The translations under genes were made by a program, and so were the position numbers. From contig NC_087436.1 of the NCBI RefSeq assembly GCF_036321535.1, positions 17,794,001-17,858,000 of the forward strand: a DNA stretch of 64,000 nucleotides. The letters run 5' to 3'. The DNA is from Camelus dromedarius (taxonomy: Eukaryota). The notes under the pieces were generated by a model that had not been told where the DNA came from, did no database searches, and worked only from the letters and a program-made list of their open reading frames with translations. This document shows positions 1 to 13,179 of this stretch, piece by piece; the first letter of the stretch is position 1; every line of letters starts with the position of its first letter.

Positions 1-206
1 TACAAACTACTATATATAAAATAGATAAACAATGAGGTCCTATTGTATTGCACAGGAAACTATCTTTAATATCCTGTAATAAACCATAATGGAAAAGAAT
101 ATGAAAAAGAATATGTGTATATATATATATAACTGAATCACTTTGCTGTACACCAGAAACTAACCCAACATTGTAAATCAACTATACTTCAGTTAAAAAA
201 TAAAAA
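1..206 (+). mobile_element. L1 3' UTR/terminus (artiodactyl type), cut by window start
   Basis: tatataaaatagataaacaa...gctgtacaccagaaactaacccaacattgtaaatcaactatacttca + A-rich tail; homologous to 15090-15260. Confidence 0.85.
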
Positions 207-794
207 ACCACATCTACTTAAAAATATCAAACATCTCTCTTATATGGATGTCTAAACCTGCTCTTTCATAGGAATTTTCTCTCCTGTCCCCTCCACACTA
301 ACCTGACTCCTTAGTTCCCATAAACTGCGGTAGTGCGCTAATTGATCTCCCTGCCCACACTCTGGCAACCCCCCCCCCAGTTCATTTTTCACAGTGTGGC
401 CGAGGCTCTTTTTCCAAAAAATAAATCTGATTGTGTCAATCTCCAAGTAATAAACCTTTAGTGGTTTTCCACAATGTTGATAATAAAAGAGGATGCTATT
501 ATTAATTCTGCTGCTACCATAGGACTAAAATGGGACTTTTAGGGAAACCAGTATGTATGGTCACCCTGTATGGAGTCTACATTTCTTAGCTTGGTTTAGA
601 GCTTTCACATGCTCTGACCCTGTCTACCTTTTCAGCTCTCTAAATCCAACCTGCCCTTCATCGAATGTAATGTCCTGTTTTACACTGTGAATTTGTTTGT
701 TCTGATCTCTGTGCATAGACCTCATGCACTCTCCTTGTCATGCCTGCTAAACATGGAATTTTCAAAGACCTATATAAGCACAACCTACTCATTT

Positions 795-1011
795 TAAAGT
801 ATAGGTACTTCCCACTTATGGAATACTATACAATTCTCAGAGAAACTTGGAAAATGTAGGAAAGTCTTAAAAAGAACAAAAGCATCTACATTCCTACCAC
901 TCTAAAATATATATAAATTTCCTACTTATGAAATAATATATACTTCTCAGAGAAACTTGGAAAATGTAGGAACGTTTAAAAAGAACCAACGCACCCACAT
1001 TCCTACCACTC
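795..1011. repeat. Tandem duplication, two diverged copies of ~108 bp
   Basis: ttctcagagaaacttggaaaatgtaggaa and acattcctaccactc occur in both ~795-902 and ~903-1011. Confidence 0.9.
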
Positions 1012-3334
1012 AGAGACGACTACAGTGAATATTTCATTTCATTTTTCTCTATCCACATGTGCACACATCATTTTCTTTCAAAATTTATTTTTCACCATTT
1101 TGCAATACACCTTTATTGTGTAATATATTGTTTGTATTTTCTCATGTCATAAATATTCTCTTACGAATTTTAGTGGCTGAGTATTAATTCATGGTACGAA
1201 TATGCACTGGTTTAACAAGCTGATCTTGTGTTAGATATTTCTTGAAATTTTATCAAATTTAGACAACAATTAAATACGTTTTCTCATAACAAAAGCAATT
1301 CGTATATACTGTAGACTTTTGGAGGAAAATGTACAAAGAAGAAAAGAGGTTTATCACATTCTGAAAAATGATTTGTATGTTGTTTGAAAGATAAGGCTCT
1401 ATGAAAACATATGTCTGAAACTGCTATTAAGTCAGTGGAAAAATAATGCATCTCTAGATATATTGCATTTCTTGAGAATATGTAAATTTTCAAGAATGCA
1501 AATATTGTATAAAGGTAAATATAATTGCAAATATTGTATTTTTCACAGCTATGAATATTTTTCTCTTAATATCTGATACTGACACTAAACAAAATTCTTC
1601 TAAACACATACATGTTAAATATGTTTGTAAGAAATAACTTCTTAAAGTATACACTAGCATTCCAGAAATTCTACCCGTGAACAAGGTAGAAAGTAACCTT
1701 TCTGAAAATTTCCACTGCATTTTAATCACATATGAAATAGAGAGAGATTCATTTTGTAAATGTTATGCAAAATTTCTGACCTGGGAATTTTAGAAAATAC
1801 AAGTTATTTCTCCCAAATATATAAGACTTAAGCAAGCATACTTGGACCTGAATTTGTGGTTCTAGGAAACATAAACATGATTAATATATCATAAATATAG
1901 TCACCCTTTGCCATTTCAACAAGTGAAAGGTAGACTTGTGAATATATGAATACCAGAACATGTGCCAAAATGCTATCATATTTTTATTACTTGCTGCTGT
2001 TCTGCTAATTTAAAAATGACTCCATTCAATTTCAATTAAACTTTTAATAGGCCACATCTTAATACTTGTTTGGCAGGGAAATGTCACAAATTTATTCTGG
2101 TGGCCTCTGCACACTTAACCTATTGCAGAAATGTTTAAACTACCTCCTTTCCCAAAAGGGATATCAGAATATTTAGAACAGAGAATCTAGGATACATAGT
2201 GCCTAGGTAATATTAATATACAATTGGGTTTTGGAGGAAGTAGCTCCAAACTATAAAAATACCAGTAATTCTTCTCTATTCCAAGCCCTAAACATACACA
2301 TAGTATAAAACCCAGAAATCATGGTTGAGAAAACACAACCTCCAGAGGTCGGGCAGAATTTCAGCAAACACACCAGCGTGTAAACACAGCGCCAACCAGC
2401 AGCCATGTTTGCACAGGAGAAACTGAGAGGGGCAGGGGCGCTAGGCCGTTCTGAACCGAGGCTCAAAGGAGAGCGTGTCACCTGCCTTTGTGGATGGTGT
2501 CTGGGTGTAGCTGGGAAACCTCAGGGATGACAGTGCAGCCTGCAGGCTGTGCACGCTTGTGCAGACTGATTAGAGAAACGTAGAAAACAGTGCCAGCAAA
2601 CTTACCTGGGTGTCTTTGGCCAAGGAAGGAAGGAAAGCAAGCAAAGGCGAATGGTTCTGAGCTAAGATAAACCCACTGAAAATGTGATGGTTATTCCAGG
2701 GGGCACAGGCTTTGCAGGTTTCCTGATGAAACAAGTGTGGCATGAAAATAGGTACTAATCTTGATTTTGGGGGGATGAACCCAAATCAGTTCAGATACAT
2801 TACCCTACCTCACTGTCCAGTGTAACTGAGGTCATATGTGGCTAAGAGAAAATCCAAACTACAGCTTGCTGTGGGTGCATGCCAGGAGTCTCCATGGCTT
2901 CCCCAGGATGGCAGAGGGAGGAGCAGGTGATGAGTGACAGCAGAGCTGATACCAGCGGGCCAGGCTGCTGAGATTCAGCCCACAGCTGTCCTGGCACCCG
3001 TGCACAGGCATCTCCTGCGACTTGCACGTTTCACCCTGAAATGTGTAATTACTCCCTCAGTGAGGCTAACCTTTGCTTTTTCTACTTCATCGGCAAACAT
3101 TCTTCTCTACATATGCACACAGATGCATTTTCTTTTCGCTCCTTTAGCTGTAAACGTCGTAGACAAAACAAATATTTTTATAGATCAAGTCATGTTTTCC
3201 TTTGGCTTCCAATATAAATTTTGTCGAGCTCCTCTTCTGTCCTTAAGGCACATAAGCTAAGGTGGGGACCCAGTGCAGGCGAGTAAAAGCAGGTGTCATA
3301 CTTAATACCTTACCATTGCAGAGGGCATCACAGG

Positions 3335-3510
3335 GTTTTAAGTCACTTTTACATATATTACTTTATTTCATGCTCACAAGAACCTAGTGAGCAGGACACG
3401 AGTTAGTGTACCAATGAGGAAACTAATCTGGGTTTAGAGATTGCACGTGCTTCTCAAGGTCCCATGACTAGGAAATGTTCAGGTTTTCTAACTCAGAGTT
3501 CAGCATTCTT
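3335..3510 (-). mobile_element. MIR SINE, degenerate
   Basis: cacttttacatatattactttatttcatgctcacaagaacc...tgaggaaact...caaggtcccatgactagg MIR-core pattern. Confidence 0.6.
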
Positions 3511-3791
3511 TCCTCCACAATGGAAATGAACTGCTGACTTATATTTCCAAAATTTATATGTGTATATATATATAATGATTAATGTATCATAAATATAGTC
3601 ACCCTTTGCCAATTCAACTAGTGAAAGGTAGACAAACACACACATACATACATATATATATATGTCTCTGGAAAAGTTTCTCTGTATCAGTTTCTTATAT
3701 GTTCTATATGGAGACATGTAAGATTTCTATAGCAATCTACATATAGAAATCTAGATACCTTTCTATATATGTTATATACATACATATTTCT

Positions 3792-3878
3792 TTTTTTAAC
3801 ATTTTTTATTGATTTATAATCATTTTACAATGTTGTGTCAAATTCCAGTGTAGAGCACAATTTTTCAGTTATACATGA
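3792..3878 (-). mobile_element. Very short L1 3' end with perfect 18-bp target-site duplication
   Basis: T-tract + ttacaatgttgtgtcaaattccagtgtagagc; atatacatacatatttct at 3774-3791 and 3879-3896. Confidence 0.8.
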
Positions 3879-5649
3879 ATATACATACATATTTCTATAT
3901 ATTACATATTTTTTTCTAGAAAAGAGAGACTTTGCCTAAATTCTCTAACTCCACCCTGACCCTGACACTAGGTGGACATTTCTTTTGAAGTCAGGGAGGG
4001 TTGAGAGAGGGACTCTGCTCTGCCACATGGGAAGAAATGCAGGAGGAACTAACTCCATCCTGGAGATGGAGATCACCTATTTTAATGTAAGGACAATGGT
4101 CTCTACACTCTGAAGTCACTTTTAATACTTGGAGAAAGTTGGCTTGATAACCTCCAACCCCTAAGTCAGGAACTCGGGCTGTTGAGAGTTTTATTTAAAT
4201 GACCTTTCCCTTTAGCAAAATCTGAATGTCAGGCTTCCTTCCACTCCTGTGGGCCCCAGGCTATAAGTAAAACAGGGTAAATAGAAGAATAAAAATCCAA
4301 GAGTTGAGTTCATAATGGAAACACTGACAACACCACAAGAGATCATGGCCTAAAGTCAGGAAGTGAAAACATCAAGAGACGTGAAGGCGAGATTTGTCTC
4401 AAGTGATTTCAATTTCTAAATCTCTTGGGAATAATGTGTATTAGCTCAAAATCTTAAGATGTATTAAATGGTATTTGTCAGTGCAACATCGATTGGGGCT
4501 TATATCTTGTTGTTTTATTTGGCACTCCAGTAAGGCACTTTTGCACAATTATGTCAACACACTGAGTTAGCCTTTGTCAAGAAAAGCAAGCACTTGAATC
4601 CTTCTCAGTCAAGCATCTCGTTTTAAAGAAAGGATCTAAGAGTCAAGAACAATAGGCAACTATTCTTGGCCTCATTAGTGCCTTTATTTGGATCTTTTTT
4701 CCTTTTGACACACTTTCTCAGGCACATCTGGGCAAGTCTGCTTAAAGGAAATCAAAAATTCCACAGTCAAGTTCTCCACTTGACTGAAAGATTTTCACTC
4801 AGGAAGAGTGGAAATTGAATATGATTATCTTTCACTTTGAGATTCATTTAAAATAGAAACAGGTGCGTCAAAGCCAGGTCGGGTTTAGCCATGAATGGGG
4901 CGAAGCTTTGGTGACTATTAGGTTCAAGATGTGACCAAATTTAGCATGACTAAGGCAGAGAGGTTGACAGTGGGATGAGGTCAAGGAGAGATTAAAGACC
5001 ACAAATCTCATTCGTTAGTACCTAGGACAAAGAGTAGTAGCTTCTGTCACATTATATTTTGAAATGAAAGGAAACATATGGGAGGTGACTATACATTTTA
5101 ATGATTAATTAGATACATAAATCTGACTCAATTTGTTCACATTTCCCAAAGTAAATAAATACTCAGAGCTGTTTAAATCTCTGCTAATAACAATGCTAAA
5201 AATGTCAAGGAAAAAAGTCAGTTCCTAGAAATAGTGAACCTGGGCCTCTCATGGTATCAGGATTTTTTAAGTAACTTCTTTGCAACAATGGGAAATATTC
5301 TTAATTCTTTTTAATTCTGGATGTAGTCAAAGACCCCAACTCTCAGGGAGCAGTTAAGGAGACTACCTATGGTGAGTCTTCAAAGGGAGAATTCAGCCTC
5401 ATATGTTTACTTGGGAAGAATGACTTTATCTTTTGAAGAAGCAGTTGAAAGAATATCTCCATAAGGAACATCTTTGCAACCTCTAGAGACAAAATGCAAG
5501 AATCAAAATGGCTGCATTATATTCTTAATTTTCATAGTTATCATCTTTTCTCTTCTCTTAAAGTAAACATTTGGAGACTTGAAATAGCACCTATCAATAA
5601 CCACCATCTGCGTTTTTCTCCTGACTAAAATCCTTAACACCAAACTCCT

Positions 5650-5782
5650 CCAACAAGATGGTAAAACTCCATGTGGGTAGGGGCCCCTTGCTGGCTGTGT
5701 TCATCACTGTAGACTCAGATCTTATCACAGTACCTGGAACATAATAAAATTGCAGTCAATATTTGTAGAATAGATGAGTGAA
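5650..5782 (+). mobile_element. L2 3' end
   Basis: ctccatgtgggtagggg...acagtacctggaacataa...caatatttgtagaatagatgagtgaat. Confidence 0.65.
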
Positions 5783-5837
5783 TCGCACTGTATATTTAAA
5801 CTGGCTTGGATATCAAACATCTGCACACCCCTTGGGA

Positions 5838-6075
5838 ATGTGTATGGTGAAGGAAGAACATAGGCTTTACAAGCAGACAAGGCTGGATTCTAATCTAAGC
5901 CAATCACTGAGTGAACTGAGCCCCAGTTCCCTGTCATATGAGACTTACACAATTCACTTTGCCTGGCCACAGTGTAGGCTACGGATAATACGCTTGCAGG
6001 CACACACACACGTACACATACCCACAGAGTTTAGCAGAATATCTGATATATATTGTATGCCCAATCGATTGAAAT
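5838..6075 (+). mobile_element. MIR SINE, degenerate
   Basis: tatggtgaaggaagaacataggcttt...cagacaaggctggattctaatc...tgagccccagttccct. Confidence 0.55.
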
Positions 6076-6297
6076 TATTTTCACCATTTAGTACCTAGAT
6101 CATTCTATTAAGTCAGTTTAGTGTGAAATGCTAAGCCGAAGGCTAGTGCAACCTCTCATAAATGAGAAAGTTTTGTCTAGAAAGAACAAAGTGATTTGCT
6201 GAGGAGTCAAAAATTAGCACTGTTCAGGGGGTTGGGGGTCTGTACCAATTCCTGCTCAAGGATTGGAAGGCAGATTTCACTGGACCAGTCCTCTATT

Positions 6298-6467
6298 CTT
6301 TAATGATGACCATTCTGACTGGTGTGAGGTGACACCTCTTTGTAGTTTTGATTTGCATTTGCCTCATAATTAGTGATATTGAGCATCTGTTCATGTGCCT
6401 GTTGGCCATCTGGATGTCTTCGTTGGGGAAATGTCAATTTAGGTCTTCTGCCCATTCTTTGATTGGG
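6298..6467 (-). mobile_element. Internal L1 ORF2 fragment
   Basis: ccattctgactggtgtgaggtgacacctc...gttttgatttgcatt...tgagcatctgttcatgtgcctgttggccatctg: typical antisense L1 ORF2 3' region. Confidence 0.9.
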
Positions 6468-7539
6468 TCCATTCCTCTATTTTTAATCTATTTTGGTAAA
6501 GTCAGCATATGTTTTCTTAAGACCCCACAAAGTTAAATATATGTGAATTCATTCCTGGAATTTTTTTATATTAGTCTTAACCCCTTATATTTGTATATAG
6601 CTCCTCCATCTTCAAAACGAGGTAAATAAACTTAGAAACTTAGCAGGATGACTCAGTCCTCCAAATGAATATTTAGCATATATCAATTTACATTGTCACA
6701 CATATCGTGCATATTGATTGAAGTTGATCATTTCAACTCTTTTTTGGCATATCCCTTCAACTTTTAATTCAGTTTAATTTAGTTTAATTAATTAATTTAG
6801 TTTAATTAAGAGCTAAGGAATGCTTGATAAAATACTCCCTCACCTCATCAGAACATGAGAAACATTAGTCTGTGCCTAAGGCATAGTGTGTTACTGGTAG
6901 GTGGCACTTGCTTTCAATCACAGTATTCTTAGCAAATTAAAATGACCCTGGATGGCTTGAAAAACATCTGGAGAAGCCTTCGGCTCATCCACTTCTTGGC
7001 TCCCAGCACTCCAGTTTCCTCCCGTGTCTGCTCCCTTCCTTCAGACTTCCATCGTAACCTCCTTCTCCACCATCATTGCATGTCTCAGTCCTACTTCTCT
7101 AGTCACTTATGTCCTGATCCACTTGTGTAGTGAGGGGTTTGGACCATCAGCATATTCATCTATCGTCAACTGTAAAATCCAGCAATGAAACACTTAGAGC
7201 GATGAAAACCCAGGATTTGGGACAGACTCAGAGTCATGTCATGCAGAGGCGATAGACCTTGGCCATACTTTGCTTCTTTGACTGAGGCTGCCTCCGCTGT
7301 ACATCCAAGGTGGTGAAAACGTTGATGGTTGCAACTCCTCAAAGTTATTCAGAGGCTCCAAATCTATGAAATCACTCTGAAGACTACAAGTGCTCTCCAA
7401 ATATTGGTTTGCTTTTAGGATTCTTACCACAAGATCTCTTTTCTCTCGGGTTTACTTGCTACGATGAACTGGGAGTTGATAACCACTAAGTTGGTAAGAG
7501 ACAGGAACATTAGGAAACTCAAGTATGTAGAAGTAAAGA

Positions 7540-7908
7540 GTCTTAGTCTGCTCTGGCTGCTGTAACAAAATACCGTTGACTGGGTGATTTAAATGATAGA
7601 CATTTATTTCTCATAATTCTGGAGGCTAGAAGTCCAAGGTCAAGGTTCCTACAGATTTGCTGTCTGGTGAGGGGCTTCTTCCTGGTTTGCACATGGCTGA
7701 CTTCTTTTTGTGTCCTCACGTGAAGAAGAGAATTGTGGTCTCTTCCTCTTCCTATAAGGACACTAATTTCATCACAGGGGCTCCACCCTCATGATTTCAC
7801 CTAAACCTAATTACCTCCTAAAGGCCCCACCTCCCAAAACCATCACTTTGGGGCCTAAGGTTTCATATGAATTTGGCATGATGGGGACACAAACATTCAT
7901 CCTTAACA
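7540..7908 (-). mobile_element. MaLR solo LTR (MLT1A-like)
   Basis: gtcttagtctgctctggctgctgtaacaaaatacc...ttctggaggctagaagtccaaggtcaagg...gacacaaacattca. Confidence 0.85.
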
Positions 7909-7959
7909 TAAGGGGTCAAAATATTTTGAAATATCTAAGACATTGCAACGTACAAACAA

Positions 7960-8370
7960 TGCACTAAGCTGGGAGCTAGGTGTCAAATTTTAATTCAGGC
8001 TTTCCATCCTGCTGTATAAACTGGGAAAGTCACTCAGCAAATTAGCAGTTAATCGTATGCCGCATGCCCTCCTAGGTATGTAACCCACAAACATTATTTC
8101 TAATCTCAAAATGTTAGACCTAAGTAAGTATAATTATCCCTGCTTTGCAGGTGAGGACATGGAGACTCCAAGTGGCTTAGTACCACACGGTTAAGGTCAC
8201 AGATGTGCTAAACAGTAACCCCAAGACTCAGATCTAGTTCTGTTTCGATAGTCACCCCCTTCCCCACTCTATCTTGCTGCTGCTTTGTTCCTAGATCGTC
8301 TCATCTGTGAATTGAATGGTCCCTCCAAAGTTTTTCTTAGGTCCCATTCAACTCTAAAATGTGGTGATTG
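7960..8370. mobile_element. Cluster of MIR fragments
   Basis: tgcactaagctgggagctagg; tattatccctgctttgcaggtgaggacatggagactc...aaggtcacag. Confidence 0.55.
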
Positions 8371-11242
8371 ACTGTAGGTGATGGGTATTTGGACTAGGCA
8401 GATGAGCTATTAACATAGTTCTAAATAAATCAGCTGATGTGCCTACAAATGGGTTGTAAGTGTACAAGACATGAAGGCTCTTTGCTCTCAGGCTCGTGGG
8501 GAGGAGGCTGGAGAAGCTGGCATGTCAGTCCTACCACCGTGAGCATCCTCTCTGCTGACTCCACCCTGCTATGCAAATTAGGCAATTCGGGGTATGTCAC
8601 TACCAAAAGTGTTTGGGAATCTCTGCAATAAATGACCCACGTGGCTACGTAAAACAGAGAAAGTGCTTTGTGGCTTGAAGCTATTGAATCAATATCATGT
8701 TGATTAGAGTCACATTGTGACTCTGAAAATGACTTGGTTTCCCCAGGAGGAAGCCATCACATAATTTATACATTCTCCAGTGTGTACAGCTGAAGCAGCA
8801 AACAAATTGTAAAGGCAACAGACACACTGAGCCAAGAAAACTAAACACTGATCTTTCGAGCATTCCGAAGTTACTGGACTTAAGTGAACGTTTATTTAAA
8901 CGAATAGTCTTGCTGCATTTTTAAGGCTTTATGAGGTAAACCAGGACAGAGGTAGCAAGTTCACCTTCTTCTGCTGACTGCCATGAGTTTTGAATTCTGA
9001 GGTGTAGGATGAAATTCTACTTAAATGATTTGAACCTTTTCTTTCCATTGATTCGGTAAGTTTCAAAGTACACTACATTGTAGAGATGCCAAGGCATTCC
9101 CACAGAATACATTCATTGACCTGGTTGACATTTAAAAGGTTATCAAGCATGCACATCTTTGAAATATTAAGATTAGCGTTTCCTGGACAAATTGTAGAGC
9201 TGGTACTTCCTCTTGGTTTGGAGGTCAGCTTGTACATATCATAGCCAGAAACTGACCTTGATCCTCTTCATGAAACAGAACAGGGGAAGGACAGGTGGCT
9301 ATGGTTCCTACCATGCCCTTCTTTGCAGGCAGCCTTCCAGGAATAAGAAAGACACTAAGGGACAAAGGAGAAGGATTTTAAAGTGTAGCATCCTGTGGGC
9401 AAAATCTCACCCATGCAATTAACTGAAGCTGTAACCTCTTAAAGGGACATGTGCCCTGAAACCAGCTCTTCCAAGAAAAAGCCAGCCATTGCAAAGTGAT
9501 GTTCCTATACCACATCACTGCAGCCTAGGAGATGTGCTCACCTTGCGTGCAGAAGAAACCGAAGTCTCCCTTACATCTCTGCCCTACTTGTGTTTGGGAC
9601 GTTATGGCTTCACATAAAAACATGCCTCACATAAAAAAACGTTCAGACTTGTTTTGTTCATGTTGAACATTAAGAGGAAGGTGAGCTTTTCCCTCACAGA
9701 CAATAATAAAATTATTGGTTTTAATTATGAGTCATAGACCACATTCTCTCATAAATGCAAATTCATTATTTAGGGTGTCCTCCTATTATTTAATAGTTTA
9801 AAACTGGATGCTGCTATCTCTGTGTGATTTTAAAAAGAAAACTGGTAATTCATAGACATAACCATGGCAAGACTTCCCTTCTTCCTCCAAAGTCAAATAA
9901 TCATCTCATTTTACTGGCTGTCTTAAAAAGGAGACAATTGATCAGGGGCCAGAATTGATATCCTTTAGAGCTTGTGCAAATTACAAAATATAAATAAATT
10001 CGCTGTATAAAAATATAAAACCTCAAGTTTAGTTTATTTTTAAGTATCATTTTAAAATATGATTTTAATAGAAAATGCAGTTGCCTTTTGAATAAGACCA
10101 CCCAATTTATAGCGATCTTGATTGAGGTTTTCTACAATTTAGAACATAAACATTACATCCAACAGCAGTCTTATAAACTAGAATGTCTGGTGGGGTCTCG
10201 TACAAAGACAAGAGAGCCAAAAAGCTGATAAAAAGGGCCCAGTAAAAAAATAAGCACCACGTCACTGGGATGTTTGTCTTTCGCTTTCTTTTTTCAGAGA
10301 GAGAGAGAAATGTACGGGGGCTCTGGTAAACGCCGAGGCTTGTTCGAGTTGTTCCCTGAATGTGTTGTGCTGTAACCTGTGTAGATTCTTTTCAAAGTCA
10401 GTTCCCTCTGTGTCGAGTGTCCAGCACCTCCCTCTCCTGACACATTTGCAGCCAACACCCAGTTCCAACGTGACCTCCGCTTTAGGGACTGGTTGAATCG
10501 ATCCGTGACATTAGCAGGGCAACAGCTCTCTTCTAATGCTTCTTAACATTGTTCAGAAAGTTAAGTCCCCACTGCTAGACATTTCCCTCCGAGCAGAAAC
10601 AAAGCTAGACGTTGTTTTTGCCCGGAGTTTTGGATGGGATTACACATAATGAATTAAACCACCTAGCGCAAGATGATGTTTTGTCTGCACTAAGTAAATG
10701 CTTTCTGATGTTACTGCTGTTCTTGTAATTGGGCTGCTGAGCGTGCAGAGAGGACAGCTAAAAATCAACCAACACAGACACATGGGGCTCGTGTAACGTC
10801 ACTCCCACTTCCCCAGGCACCAGGCCCTTCTCTGCCTGCCCCGTGTTCCGATGGCACCTTAACCCGCGGTGGATTCTGTGTGGCGGTGTGTCAGAGAGGC
10901 GAAGTGATGGATTGACAGAGAGAAATTTACTGTTTGTTTGGTTATGGTACAGACATCAAGCTTTTGTTCAATTCTCATTGGCTTCTGGTAGAATCCCATG
11001 CTTATCTGGGATACAAAAATAAGGGTTTTCTTTTTGTTTTAAGATATCATCTATACTAGTACTATAATGATATATGCTAATTCATGACAAATTGTAAATC
11101 AGATGGTCACATTACCAGGTTGATATATTTAGGAAACTAAGACACTATTAACCTTCACTACTATTTGTTCTTAAACAAGGAGAAAGTTTTTGATATCAAA
11201 TATTTCTGCAAAAGGTAAACCAAAAAAAAAAAAAAAAAGTAA

Positions 11243-11385
11243 ACATGCGAGGTGATGGATGTGTTAATGAACTTGGTGGGAGGACATTTTTCACCAGGTC
11301 CGTATATATCACATCATCGCATTGTACACTTTAAATGTCTTACAGTTGTATTTGTCAGTTATACCCCAATAAAGCTGGTAAAAAG
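11243..11385 (+). mobile_element. Old L1M (L1MA/MB-type) 3' terminus
   Basis: gaggtgatggatgtgttaat...catcgcattgtacactttaaat...tttgtcagttataccccaataaagctgg. Confidence 0.8.
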
Positions 11386-12284
11386 CAAACCAAGTAAAAA
11401 GTGACCAATTGGGACAATCAGTTCATCAGTTCTTCACAATATTTAATACCATAGATAGTTGAAAGTATCTAGAAATTCAAAAACACCTACATTTTTCTCG
11501 GTATATTAGCCCAGCTAAAATCTACTCAAGTATTTGCACTCCTATATCAAATTGACTTTTCATGGTGCTCACAAAATGTAATCTTTATTCTGCAATCATA
11601 TTAACTGTATGCTTTTCTTTGTCTCAGAGATGCAATCCAATACACCACTCATAAATGCCAACCGTGTGCAAATTAGAGTGTTTGATGATCTCAGGGAGAC
11701 AGCGACATATCCCTGACTTCGAGGAACTTACAGTTTAGTAATATGTATTCCTCGTCTTCATATTTTTCCTGTCTTCTCTCCTTCTTTTTTTTGACAGCGC
11801 ATATGAAATTTAAGTAGCAATTTTAGAGGCCTATAAAATCAGAAGCAGATTGACTCTCCATCTTTAAATATCTTAAGCAGAATTATAATGGCTGCAAATA
11901 GGTAAATACGGTAGTAAGAAAGTAATTTTTATAACTTAGTATTGTCTCCCTGGTAAACTAGCACGTATTCAGCACTTCCACCCAGCATCACCGCAGGACC
12001 TGGGGAAAGTCCTTACTGGTTTAACTTCCAGTGGCAGAATCTCCCCATCCTACCCATAACTTACTCCCCGCATTATTTTTAATCACTGTTTGACCAGTGA
12101 TCATTTCCTGAGTGTTTAGTCAATGGCATCCCAGTACGTTCTTGTGACAGTGTTTTCAGAAGGCAAATTATTTTAGCCAATAGAGTATAAATCAGCTCCG
12201 CACAGCACGAGGATTTCTATTAGAGGACGATAGTGTAGATTTTCTATGAGAATAAAGACCGCCACATAAAAGTATTACATACGG

Positions 12285-12675
12285 TGTATTCATTTGTTAC
12301 AGTCGCCATAACAGCTACCACAGGCTGGGTGACTTCAACAACAGAGACTGATTTTCTCATGGTTCTGGAGGCTGGAAACCCTAGATGGAGGGGTTGGCAG
12401 GTTGGATTCTCCTGAGGTCTCTCCTGAGATGGTACATGGCTGTCTGCATGCTGTGCCCTCACATGGCCTTTCCTGTGTACACACTGCTGGCATCTCTCGC
12501 TCTCTTTTATAACGACATCCGTCATATTGGATTAGGACCCCACCCTTATGACCTCATTTAACTTTATCTCTTTAAAGGCCCCATTTCCAAATACAGTCAC
12601 ATTGAAGGTTAGGGCTTCAACCTATAAATTTTTTATTTGTGGGGGGTAAGGGGCAACAGAATTAAGTCCATAACA
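12285..12675 (-). mobile_element. MaLR solo LTR (MLT1B/C-like)
   Basis: tgtattc...gccataacagctaccacaggctgggtgactt...ggttctggaggctgg...ccaaatacagtcacatt...gtccataaca. Confidence 0.85.
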
Positions 12676-12995
12676 TAGGACCAAAAGAAGCTTCCAAATC
12701 ATGAAAGTAATAACCCCACTGAAGGAAAATTTCTTTAATATTTCTGAGGATTCTTTCAAAACTTCTGAGACAGTCAATTAGGCAAAGTATAAAATGCAGC
12801 TGTCATAAATTTTACTCCACATCTTAAGTTTAAGAAATGCCACATTTTTTATTTTTCTGAAGAACATTTAATCTAAGCAACAGTAGGAAAATCAATGGTG
12901 ATTATTACTGGGGCCTCTATCCCACCTCCCCTATCCAGGTCCAGCGTAGACCAGGAAAGTCTTACTTGGCTGAGAATGTTTGGACAAGCCCACTG

Positions 12996-13179
12996 TTTTG
13001 TTTTGTTTTTTAATTATTTCAGAGTAGTTAGTTAGTTAGCTGAAGTATAGTCAGTTTACAATGTTGTGTCTGTTCCTGGTGTACAGCATGATGTTTCAGT
13101 CATCCATGTACATACATATATTTGAGCTGTGCAGAGACTAACTACTGCATATAAAATAGATAAACAAGTTCATGCTGCA
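12996..13179 (-). mobile_element. Short 5'-inverted L1 insertion
   Basis: Antisense L1 terminus (gaagtatagtcagtttacaatgttgtgtc, ~13042-13122) joined to sense L1 3'UTR piece (actaactactgcatataaaatagataaacaag, ~13124-13178). Confidence 0.8.

Noticed and set aside
6763..6809. Short repeated units (tttaatttag)n
   Set aside because: AT-rich low-complexity repeat without unique spacers; not CRISPR-like, and the DNA is eukaryotic
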